DNA from: Azolla caroliniana
Lineage: Eukaryota > Plantae > Polypodiophyta
Length of the DNA stretch: 64,000 bases
Direction of reading: 5' to 3'
Assembly: GCA_043228905.1 (NCBI GenBank)
Contig: JBHGNT010000013.1
Span: forward strand, 5,208,001-5,272,000
In this document: positions 1 to 11,413 of the stretch, in pieces
How the letters are laid out: each line of letters starts with the position of its first letter
Numbering within the stretch: position 1 is the first letter of the stretch
Program-made: the position numbers and the translations under genes
Notes under the pieces: generated by a model
What the model was told of the DNA's origin: nothing
Database searches by the model: none
The model's input: the letters and a program-made list of their open reading frames with translations, nothing else

Positions 1-1644
1 AAAGAAGCTTGAGGCAATCTCAATAAGATTTTCGCAGGCAACGAAAGCTCCAACTCCAACAGGAGTTAAACAATATGCAACAAAGGGATAGGTCGATCAT
101 TAGCTATAGGAGTTGTGCGATGCCCTCAGATCAATCAACGTCGTCATCAACGATGAAGAAATGGTTCAAATATGCCTCTGTGGCTTAGCACCGCAATTCG
201 CCACGATCAGATCGGCCATTCTTGCAAGGGAGAACCCTCCCTCATTTTTTGACCTTCAGTCGATATTACTGGTGGAAGAAAATCATGCCCGACAAAGGAG
301 CAACGCACCAGATGGTCAGATGCTCTACTCCCAGTCGGATTATAGAAGAGGATTCAGCCAAGGAAATAGAGGTCGATTCAGCCGAGGCCGACAGGATCAA
401 CTGACCCGAGAACGCAATTCCCATCATTGGCAAGAGCCCAAAGATACTCCCAGGGAATTCGGCTAAAAGAGGAGCCATCCTCCCGGACCAAGCCACCAAA
501 ATAGCCTGATCAAATGCGAGTATTATGGAAAACTCGGCCACTATGAAGAGAAGTGCCAAAAGAAAAAACAAGAGTTGGTTTCGACTAGCCGGCAATTCAC
601 TAACTATGCGACAAATTCTGATTACGACGATCATGGCGGTATGTTCATGATGAGGCATAATGCACATTCAATGTCAGCACAAGGTCAGTCAAGTACCTCC
701 CCATCCGATAATGTATGGTTTGTCGACTCAGGAGCATCCAATCACATGACATCTCACGAAGATTGGTTCCGAGAGTTGAGAAAACCCAATCGACCCAGCT
801 ATGTCGAAACTGGAGATGGCACAACTCACCTGATTCAACATATCGAAAATGTCCCATTTGGAAATGAGGGCAACCAAACCTACCTCAAGAACATCTTGCA
901 TGTCCCAACCATCACAAAAAACTTGGTCTCGGTCGGCCAAATTGTCGAACAAGGCATGCAAGTATGTTTCAATAATAAAGGGTGCTTTATTGAGAAAGAA
1001 GGCCGATTAATCGCTGACGATCAAAGAGAAGGCCGAATGGTCATCGTCAAATTGAACGAGGTGAAGACAACTATGTTCACCAAAGGCCTCAAAGTCAAAA
1101 CCGACTTGAAACTATGGCACAAGCAAATTGGCCACATCAATCTGCAAAAGCTTAAAGGAATGCAGTCGAAAGGAATCGTAGTCAAACTCCTAACATTTAC
1201 CAAAAAGGAGATAATTGGTGTATGTGAAGCCTACCAATTCGGCAAACAACACCTACAACCATTCCTGAAAGAGAGGAATGTGTGCAAAGGGATCCTAGAT
1301 GTAATACATTCAGATGTGTGGGGACCAACCCAGACGGCAACTTTCAGTGGTTATCGATACTATGTCACATTCATCAACGACTTCTCGAGGCACACATGGA
1401 TGTATCCTATGTGGCAAAAGAGTGAAGTGTTCGGACACTTCCAAAGGTTAAAAAACGAAGTCGAAAAAACCACAAGTCAGCAGGTTTGATGCCTTCGATC
1501 GGATGGAGGTAAGGAGTATTTCTCAAACGAGTTTACAACGTATCTCGGAAAGGAAGGCATTCGACGGGAATTCTCTTGTCGACACACACCTCAGCAAAAC
1601 GGAGTAACTGAACGAAAGAACCAGCACATAGTAGATGTGGCAAG

Positions 1645-1980
1645 TGTCACGGACACACCAACCACAGACTCGGACGGAGCACGAATGATGGGGCTAAGAG
1701 CGTGGAACTTAAGACACTGGTAACGACATAAGAGCATGAAGACAGAGATGAAGATCAATGAGACAATATGGCATGAAACAAGAATACTAGATTGATGTGT
1801 CAATGACTGGTGTTTAATCCCTTGAAAGGGACCAAGGAGGTTACAAGTATTTATACAAATTCTGAGATGGAATATCTCTAGAAGATGAACGAGAAGAACC
1901 TACCGAAATTGTACTGGGCAAAAGCAGCTACACAATTGTCTATATGTTCATAACTAAGTGTATGCCACTGTGTCATGACA
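1645..1980 (-). mobile_element. Partial LTR inserted antisense into the Copia integrase
   Basis: 1645-1860 resembles the reverse complement of the LTR at ~41635-41870 (tataaatacttgtaacctcctt...ggtgtgtccgtgaca). It interrupts the integrase motif VA|RAMM; imperfect TSD gcaag/tcaag. Confidence 0.7.
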
Positions 1981-2177
1981 ACTAGGGCCATGATGAACGA
2001 GAAGAACCTGCCGAAATTGTATTGGGCAGAAGTGGTTACACAGTTATCTATCTGTTCATAACTAAGTGTATGTCACTGTGTCGTGACATCAAGGGCCATG
2101 ATGAACGAGAAGCGACAAAAGCTCGATCCGAAGTTGGAGAAATGTATCCTCGTAGGGTACCCACTCGAACAAAAGGG

Positions 2178-2540
2178 GTACAAATGTTACAATCCATCCA
2201 CCCGAAAAGTTCAGGTGAGTCCAGATGTCGTTTTCGACGAGTTAGCATCCTGGTATGAACCAAAGACGACTTAGATTCCAAACCCAGTCGATCCGGATTC
2301 GGCCAAACGAGAGATAGAAGACGAAGATCGACTTAGGCACATGTTCAACAAAAGTCTGATGTACAAATGTTACAATCCATCCACCCGAAAAGTTTGGGTG
2401 AGTCCAGACGTCATTTTTGACGAGTTAGCATCCTGGTACGAACCAGAGACGACTTCGATTCCGAACCCAGTCAATCTGGATTCGGCCAAACGAGAGATAG
2501 AAGACGAAGATCGACTGACGCACGTGTTCAACAAAATTCT
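2178..2540 (+). repeat. Tandem duplication, period 183 bp, at the integrase C-terminus
   Basis: gtacaaatgttacaatccatccacccgaaaagtt occurs at 2178 and 2361; YKCYNPSTRKV..FDELASWYEP is encoded twice. Confidence 0.85.
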
Positions 2541-4631
2541 GATTACGACAAGGCTGAATGGACCACAAGAGCCCTCAAGTGATCAAAGCACATCTCAGTC
2601 GAGTCTGAAGCTCAACAAAGGGAAGGCCAAAATGCCAGAATACGAAGATTCGATCAGCAATGAGTCAACTCACTCCCTTGATAGTGAGTTCGAAGGCCTT
2701 GATATCCCAATCATCCGAATCAATGGAGCAAAGAAAGCCTTAGTCTCTACAAACGAGAAGCATCATCGCTCCACCCGAGAAAAAAACTCGGTTAGCCAAT
2801 TCGGCTACAATGAGTATATGGAATATCATTGTGCCTTCATGATGAAGGTGGCGATAGTTCGAGAACCGGAAACCTTTTCCAAGGCAGCCAATAATCCACG
2901 ATAGATCGAAGCCATGAACAAAGAAATGCAAGCACTATGCAAAAATGAGACATGGAATCTAGTCCCCCATTCTCCACATAAGAAAGTGATTGACTGCATA
3001 TGGAAATATATAGTAAAATATAATGTTGACGGCTCCGTAAATCGCTTCAAGGCCAGACTCGTAGAGAAGGGATATGCCCAAACACACGGAGTCGATTACA
3101 AGGAGACCTTTGCCCCGGTGGCAAAGATGATGATTGTTCAGACAATCATTGCTCTCACATCTGCAAAAGGATGGCACCTCCACCAGATGGACGTAAAGAA
3201 CTCCTTCCTACATGGCGAATTAGAAGAGGATATCTTCAAGATTCAACCACCCGGTTTCGAATCGAGCAAACACCTAAAAGCAGAGCGAGTAATCAAGTAC
3301 ATTCCTACGACAATGGATTTCGGCATCATGTATAAGTTGGATAGGATCATTCGGCTCGAAGGGTACACAGATGTGGACTTGGATGACTATAAGGCCGATC
3401 GACGATCAACTTCAAGATTCTTCTTCTCTCTCGGTAGTAGCGCGATCTCCTGGAGCAGTAAGAAACTGTTGACAATCGCATTGTTGAGCACATAGGCCGA
3501 ATACAAGGGCGCAGTAGTCGCCGCATGCGAGGCCATCTGGCTAAAGCGCATATTGAAGGATTTGGGCGTTCCCATCAAGGATTTGATTCTCCTATATTGC
3601 GACAACATGAGCAGTATCTACCTGGCTCAGAACCTCGTGTTCCACATGCGGACTAAGCATATTGAAGTGCACTATCACTTCATCCGAGAGCGCATTCAAG
3701 CTGGAGATGTCGATTTACAACACATCAACACGACTCTTCAGGTGGCCAACATCTTCACAAAATCCCTGGGTATCGACAAGCTATGGCAATTTGCGACGAA
3801 CCTTGGTTTCTCGATCACTGACCAGTCGCGCTTGAGAGGGAGCACCGAAAACAACAATAGTCGCCGATGTGGAACAACAGTCGATTAGTCGATCGAAGCT
3901 GACTGATGATAAACAAGCCGAACAAGGAGCATGCAGCACCCAAATAGTCAAAGTTGTGTTGACTAACCTTCCGAATGTCAATTCAATCGAATCGAAGATT
4001 TTTGAGGATCGAATCGAACCAACTTTTCGACATCCGGAAGTTGTGTTCAAAGGGGCGTGTTGAGAACCGAACTCAACTTCCCATAGAGATAGTGTTCACA
4101 GAGATAGTGGACATCATACTAGGTTAGTTTTGTAATTAGTAGAAAGGGCAGTTGCTGTCACAAAATGTGAATACCAAGATTTGAACTTGTGACCTTCAAA
4201 CAATGGTCTTACACTTCAACCATTGCACCAACTCATTTTCATTAATAAATACATTTTCATATTATTATTATTCAAGAACTCTAGAGCACTAGACACATTA
4301 AATGACCGCCAAATGGCATGCACCCTGTACGCCAAGTGGCGCACAACATGTATGCCAAATGGCGATCATGCACATTCTGATGTACAGTATATAAGTCGAA
4401 GATCTGCTTAGTGTTGAACCATTCCGGTTCAACACCAGTCTTCAGCAACCTTGTAATCTCGGTTTCCGGTAATAGAAATTCTTGTATTTTTGTCTTGTAA
4501 ACGTCTTCTCGTTTGTTATTATCTTCTTTTCTTCCAAATCAACCTTGTCTTCAAAGCTTGGGTCACGATAGTTTGAACCAGAATCCCACTTTCTTTTTTT
4601 CTCGAGTATCTAGTGAAGTTTTCCCGTCACA

Positions 4632-5765
4632 ATGGAGACCGTCAGTAAACAAGAGTATATGCGTATTCTCTCAGAACTTGACCTCCTAACAACAAAATTT
4701 GTTGCATTGGAACAAGAGAATCATAAACTTCTTGGCAACTTGCAACAAGTGAGCATTGAAAAGGCACAACATGAGGAACTCTCGAAACGTGTCCAACTTG
4801 AAGCTATTGTGTTATCTCTTCGACAACAAGCTTCAAACTCTCAAAGTTTGTTGAAAGAACCCAAAATTAGTTTACCAACAAAATTTGATGGTACAAGGTC
4901 TCAATTATGAGGATTCTTAAATCAGGTACGCCTTATAATTCATATGCATCCCAACCGATATCCAACTGACACAACTCGAGTGGGGTTAGTTGGAACATTA
5001 TTGACAGGAACCGCACTAGCATGGTTTGCACCATTGCTAGAGAAGAAATCCCCAATACTATAAAACTTTGATACCTTTATCAACGAATTCCAAGCTAGTT
5101 TTGGTGATACTGATAGTGTAAGAATAGCAATAAACAAGATACGTAGGTTGCGCCAAGGAGATCGGCCAGCCTCAGCTTACGCAGCTGATTTTCGTCTTCT
5201 TGCTTGTGATATCCCTTGGGATGAAGCAGCGATGATGAACTTGTTTTGGCATGGTTTGCGTAATGATGTTAAAGACTTGCTCTTAACATTTCATGATGAA
5301 CCCAAATCACTGACAGAAACTAATAGCCGTGCAGTTCGATGTGACAATCGTTTGTTCGAAAGACGTTCTGAGCGCCAACAAACATCGACACGCCTTAGAT
5401 CTGAGCAAACATATGCCTCGGCATTAGCCTCACCACCTTTAGGACCAGTGCAAGTTCCTAATCCTAATTCTTTTAATGGACCTACTCCAATGGAGATTGA
5501 TGCAACACGTCATTGAGTTCCTTTGTCCGAAGCCGAGAAACAACAACGTCGAGCAAATCGTCTTTGCCTATATTGTGGTGGTCCAGGACATATAGCAATA
5601 CATTGTCCACATCGACCAAAGAGACAATTAAATCAAGTAAGTGCTATTGAGAATTTTGATTCATGTTCTCCAGTCAAAGCCAATAAACCAAGAACTCTTG
5701 TCAACAACCCTCAATCCAATAGTTTTGATGTTCTAAGCCAACTAGATGAGTTGTTAAACGAGTAA
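4632..5765 (+). pseudogene. Chromovirus gag (in-frame premature stops)
   Basis: ORFs 4632, 5148 and 5523 share one frame; retrotransposon gag domain and CCHC knuckle. Confidence 0.88.
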
Positions 5766-8700
5766 GTCCAGCCAAAATCAGAGCCATTTGGTTGGACCAA
5801 CCAAAGCATATAGAACTTGTTCCGAGCTTAGGTTCCATTTCATCGAACCGAGTCAGTGAAGTTTTCACAACGCAAGTTCAACTCAGCACATCAAGATGTC
5901 ATCAAGTTCTTGCATCTACGCTCTTCGATTCAGGAGCCAACTCATGTTTCATGGATCGGGATTTTGCCACAACACAAGAAATTCTACTCTATAAGCTTCC
6001 TCGTCCAGCATCAGTAGCAGTAATTGATGGACGTTCTATTGCATCAGGAGATATTACTGAAGAATCAGAGCCTATTCGTGTAGTTCTTGGCAATTTAGCT
6101 ACTGTAATATCTTTTAATATCATAAGCAGTCCCGAACATCCAATTGTTCTTGGGTTGCCATGGTTTGAACTTCATAATCCAAAGATTGATTGGAAGAAGC
6201 GGGAAATCATAGACTCACGAGACAACACTTTAAGGCTCATCACCGCATCAACCTCAAAGCTAACACCAAGACATATATCAACTATCTCTCTCAGAAGATT
6301 ACATAAAGAAGCTACAATAGAAGATATGTTTGTGTTTGCAGTGGTCATAACCCCATTCTCAAACCCACAAGATTTAGAGGTCCATTTTCCATCAAAGTAT
6401 CAAGAATTTTCCGATGTGTTTGATAAGGTAAAGGCCACAACACTTCCTGATCATCACCCATATGATTGTCCCATTGATTTGCATGCTGAGAAGGAACCAC
6501 CATGGGGACCAATTTATAACCTTTCGCCGTCAGAATTGAAAGTTCTTCGAGAATATATTGATGAGAATCTTGCAAATGGCTTTATTCGACATTCCCGATC
6601 TCCTGTTGGCGCTCCTATTTTTTTTGTTAAGAAGAAAGATGGCTCTTTACGTTTGGTCGTAGACTATCGAGGCTTGAACAAGGTTATGATTCGAAATCGA
6701 TATGCTCTACCATTGATTCCAAATCTCTTGGAACATCTCAATGGGGCCAAATACTTCACAAGGCTAGACTTATGAGGAGCTTACAACCTTGTTCGTATTC
6801 GACCTGGTGATGAATGGAAAACTGCTTTTCGCACACGATATGGTCACTTTGAGTACACAGTAATGCCATTCGGGCTTACAAATGCTCCAACAGTTTTCCA
6901 ACATATGGCAAATGATATCTTTCGAGATTTCCTCAATATCTTCACGATAATTTACTTGGATGACATACTAATCTACTCAAAGACACAAGAGGAGCATAAT
7001 AATCATGTTCGATAAGTTCTACAACGATTACGGGAATTTGGTCTTTATGCCAAACTAGAGAAGTGTTGCTTTGACCGCAATCAAGTTGAGTTTCTAGGGT
7101 ATATGGTCTCTCCATAAGGTATTTTTATGGATCCAAAGAAATTACAAACAATTCTAGATTGGAAGACACCAGGCTCAGTTCGTGATCTGCAATGTTTCTT
7201 GGGATTTGTGAATTTCTACCGCAAGTTCATCAAGAGTTACTCAAAAGTTGTTTTGCCCCTCATGGAACTAACATAGAAGAACCGACCATTTGTATGGACA
7301 TCAAGCGCAGCTGATGCATTTGATAGCTTGAAGCAAGCATTTACATCTGCTCCCATTTTGGTCCACGTTGACCTTAAAAAGCCGTTTATCATAGAAGCGG
7401 ATGCATCTGATTTTGCACTAGGAAGTGTTCTATCGCAAGTAGCGGATGATGAGAAATTACATCCAGCTGCATTTCATTCAAGAAAGTTTGAACCTGTAGA
7501 AATCAATTATGAAATCCATGACAAAGAATTGTTAGCAATTGTTGATTCTTTCGAACAATGGCGTCACTTCTTGGAAGGTTCTCCCCACCAAATTATTGTT
7601 TACAACGATCATAAAAACCTCACATACTTTCAAAATGCTCGAGTTCTAAATCGATGACAAGCTCGGTGGGCACAATTTCTAACACGGTTCAATTTTGTGA
7701 TAACATATTGACCAGGAACACAACAAGGTAAAGTTGATGCCTTATCAAGACGCTCTTATTTTGCACCAAAACCGGGGGACCCAACTTACGACAATCAAGA
7801 ACAAGTCCTTTTGAGCCCTAGTCGTCTACTATTAATGGTGACAAATGTTGCTAAGACAACTTTGGATTCAAAATTTCTTGATTCTATTCGCTCGAGCATT
7901 GGTTCAGATGATTTTACACAAGATATTTTAGACCACATTGTTCCAGATCGTGCTTCTTATTCACGCTCCAAGTTTTCTCGCATGGATTATGGGAACTTCA
8001 GTTGGCATGATGGGTTGCTTTTTCGAAACAACCGTACTTATATTCCCGATGGACCTTTTCGACTTGAAGTCTTGCATCACTGTCATGATTCACCGCTAGC
8101 TGGACATTTCGGAGTTTTGAAAACATTAGAGCTAGTTACCCGAAACTATTGGTGGCCTCAGGTTCGTCAATTTGTCATAGACTATGTTTCTACTTGTGAT
8201 GTATGTTGTCGATCAAAGATGCCTCGACATCGGCCATATGGTTTGTTGCACCCATTGCCCATTCCAGATGGTCCGTGTAAATCCATTTCTATCAATTTCA
8301 TCACAGATCTCCCATCTTCCCAAGGCTATGATGCAATTCTTACAGTGGTGGATTGCTTTACGAAAATGGCACATTTTCTTCCATGTAGAAAAACTTTTAC
8401 TAGTCAAGAATTGACAAGTCTTGTTATGCAAGAAGTTTTCAACCACCATGGCCTTCCAGATGAAATCATTAGTGATCGTAGACCACAATTTATTGCAAAG
8501 TTTTGGACACACTTACTTGAGAGCCTTGGAATTTCTCGTAAACTATCTTCAAGCTACCATCCTCAAACCGATGGGCAAACGAACGCACAAATCAAACATT
8601 AGAACAATATCTTCGTTGCTTTATCAACTATCAACAAGATGATTGGATGGATTTCTTACATATGGCAGAATTTGCTTACAATAATTCAATCCATTCTTCT

Positions 8701-9403
8701 ACGGGATTCACTCCGTTCTTTGCAAACACAGGATATCATCCTCGATGGATGATGCTCGAATGTCCAAAAGTCTCAAAAAATCCCACGGTCAAAGATCGTC
8801 TAGAAAAACTCAAAGAAATTCAAACCAACCTTTCTCACAATTTGCTTCATGCTCAAGCCAAGTACAAGAAGGTGGCGGATAAACATCGCTTAGATTCTTC
8901 ACTTGAAGACCCTAAGTTTAAAGTTGGTGATCATGTTTGATTATTGCGTCGTAATGTGAAAACTACTCGACCAAGTGCCAAATTGGATTTCCAACGTCTA
9001 GGTCCATTTGTAATCTCTCATCAAGTCAACGATGTTGCATTTCGTCTGGACCTACCTTCACATATGCATACGCCTTCATCCAGTATTTCATGTTTCATTA
9101 TTAGAACCATGGACATCAAGTTCTATTCCAAATCGGGTTATCCCACCACCACCTCCGGTTCAACTTGCTGAAGGACTTGAATATGAAGTAGAAGCTATTT
9201 TGGACTCTAAGGTCATCCACAATAAGTTATATTATCTAGTAGATTGGCTGGGATACACACCTGCGGATCAGACATGGGAACCTGCAACGAACGTCACTAA
9301 TGCCTCTGAACTTATACAAGAGTTTCATCTTCGTTATCCCCATAAACCAAAACCTAGTTCATGCATTGCGACTCATGGAACTCGTCGTCAAAGGAGGGGA
9401 TGA
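5759..9403 (+). pseudogene. Chromovirus pol (PR-RT-RH-INT-chromodomain), begins in the -1 frame relative to gag
   Basis: ORF fragments 5792-6775, 7328-7657, 7811-8602, 8647-8940 and 9032-9403 carry the domains in order; many CGA>TGA and CAG>TAG type stops. Confidence 0.9.
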
Positions 9404-9912
9404 TGTCACAAAATGTGAATATCAAGGTTTGAACTTGTGACCTTCAAACAATGGTCTTACACTTCAACCATTGCACCAACTCATTTTCATTAATAAATAC
9501 ATTTTCATATTATTATTATTCAAGAACTCTAGAGCACTAGACACATTAAATGACCGCCAAATGGCATGCACCCTGTACGCCAAGTGGCGCACAACATGTA
9601 TGCCAAATGGCGATCATGCACATTCTGATGTACAGTATATAAGTCGAAGATCTGCTTAGTGTTGAACCATTCCGGTTCAACACCAGTCTTCAGCAACCTT
9701 GTAATCTCGGTTTCCGGTAATAGAAATTCTTGTATTTTTGTCTTGTAAACGTCTTCTCGTTTGTTATTATCTTTTTTTCTTCCAAATCGACCTTGTCTTC
9801 GAAGCTTGGGTCATGACAGTTGCCCTAGACTAGTTGGTATTTAAACCAACTCTTTGTAACTTAGTTACTATTGGATGTATTCTATTTTTTCACTAACATA
9901 CAGCTTCTTGTT

Positions 9913-9969
<57 letters not shown>

Positions 9970-10145
9970 GTTCTACGAGGGCACACACACACATTTCACC
10001 TCCATTGCACAGCATCACCTACGCCTCTCATTCTTTACAGTTCTCATATAACCACATGTTCCCACATGTCATAGGTTCATATGTGTTTGTCCCAAGTCCT
10101 AGGATAATTGGTTACCCACTTATTCCATACATAAACCATTAAATA

Positions 10146-10400
10146 TATCACAAAATGTCAATGTCAAGATCCAAACCTATAACCTTCAACAAGCATTAAG
10201 AGGTTGAACCTTGTTGTCGAAGAGATAACACAACGTCTTCAAGTTGTTCTAGACTAGTTTAGAGAGTTCCTCATGGTGTGCCTTTTCGACACTCACTTGT
10301 TGCACATCGCCAAGAAGCTTTTGATTCCTTTGTTCCAATGCGACAAATTTGTGCATTATGAGGACAAGCTCTAATACACATATACTCTTGCTTACTAATA
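10146..10400 (+). mobile_element. Highly degenerate LTR fragment related to the chromovirus LTR
   Basis: tatcacaaaatgtcaatgtcaagatccaaacc resembles the LTR start tgtcacaaaatgtgaataccaagatttgaac; right end not defined. Confidence 0.35.
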
Positions 10401-10440
10401 GTCTCCATTGTAATGAGCAGATTAAAAAACGAGTGTATTA

Positions 10441-10808
10441 TAGTTCAAACTATCACATCTAAAGTTTTGAAGACAAGAAGATAATAACAATGCAATAAGA
10501 CAATAACAAAACAAGAAGGCAATGATTTATATTACCCAAAGACCACGAGAACAAGGGTGTTGAAGACTGGTCTTGAACGGGAATGGTTCAACACTAAGCA
10601 AATCTTTCACTTATATTAGAAACATGGCAACATGTAGGATCGCCACTTGGTGTATCATGCATGACATTTGGTTATCATCCATTGTGTACAATACTACATC
10701 ATTATAAATAATAATAATAATACACAAATAATATTTATCAATGGTTAGAGTGTAAGACCTTTGTTTGAATGATATAGGCTTGAATCCTAATATTAACATT
10801 TTGTGACA
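10441..10808 (-). mobile_element. Diverged 5' LTR plus PBS stub of the same chromovirus family
   Basis: The reverse complement starts tgtcacaaaatgttaat, keeps cttagtgttgaaccattcc.gttcaa, ends gtgata and is followed by gtttgaac, as at 4571. Confidence 0.75.
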
Positions 10809-11413
10809 CAATATAGCTTTTGAATTGGTCCTTAACATCATGGAGTTCTTGAGGCTTAGCAACATCATCAACTCTAGCATTTCCAAATATAGAAAAATGT
10901 AATTCCTTGTTTCTTTATATCACTAAAAGAAAATGTGAGGCTAATTAAAAACAGCTCCGTGTAGAGCTAGATCACGTACCAAAAAAGGAATAATACAAGG
11001 TTGTTGGGGTTTCAAGAAGCTTGGAAGTGCTCCATGAGACACCACACAATCCAAAAACACGGGAAGGAACCATTTTTAACTTTTTCACGTGTGGAAAATT
11101 CCATCCACAATCACTTTTAAATCTTTTTAGGATCAAAAGGTATCCTTGAGTACCATATAATCTCAAAGTCGTTTGTCCTCCCCATCTTTGTTAACTTGTT
11201 TACACTCTATTTATCTTCTCTATACATAAACAACCGATTCAAAAGAATCTCCTACACTTGAATGTTTTTCTTTTTGATAACATTGTAACTTGTACATTTT
11301 ACAATCAAACTCAATGTTGTGAATGGTTTTGCTTTTGTTTGTGCTTAATCAGAAGAATTTTGTTGAATTCAACATAAAACACACTTTTTATATCCTTCCA
11401 CTAGGATAGTCAT

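Larger units (their letters stand above)
1..4057 (+). mobile_element. Decayed Ty1/Copia internal region (gag-PR-INT-RT-RH), 5' end outside window
   Basis: Broken ORFs 113-3888 give gag, a zinc knuckle, protease WFVDSGASNHMT, pre-integrase LWHKQIGHIN, integrase IHSDVWGP, RT FKARLV/HQMDVKNSFLHG and RNase H CDNMSSI/RTKHIEVHYHF. The YVDD core of RT is deleted near 3280. Purine-rich tract aaaggggcg precedes the LTR at 4058. Confidence 0.92.
4156..9818 (+). mobile_element. Full-length Ty3/Gypsy chromovirus (Tcn1-like), inactivated by stops and frameshifts
   Basis: 415-bp LTRs 4156-4570 and 9404-9818 (7 substitutions by eye); TSD GTTGC at 4151-4155 and 9819-9823; PPT aaaggagggga 9390-9400. Gag with PTPMEID and CLYCGGPGHIAIHC; protease LFDSGA; RT LRLVVDYRGLN and YLDD; RH EADASDFALG; integrase HHCC; C-terminal chromodomain YEVEAILD..YLVDWLGY..TWEP. 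Confidence 0.95.
4058..10039 (+). mobile_element. 3' LTR of the first Copia, split by the Gypsy insertion (4058-4155 plus 9824-~10039)
   Basis: Starts TGTTGAGA right after the purine tract and resumes after the duplicated GTTGC. Contains a (CT)n tract and ends ...ttctttaca like related family LTRs (42392, 63271). Right boundary approximate. Confidence 0.65.
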
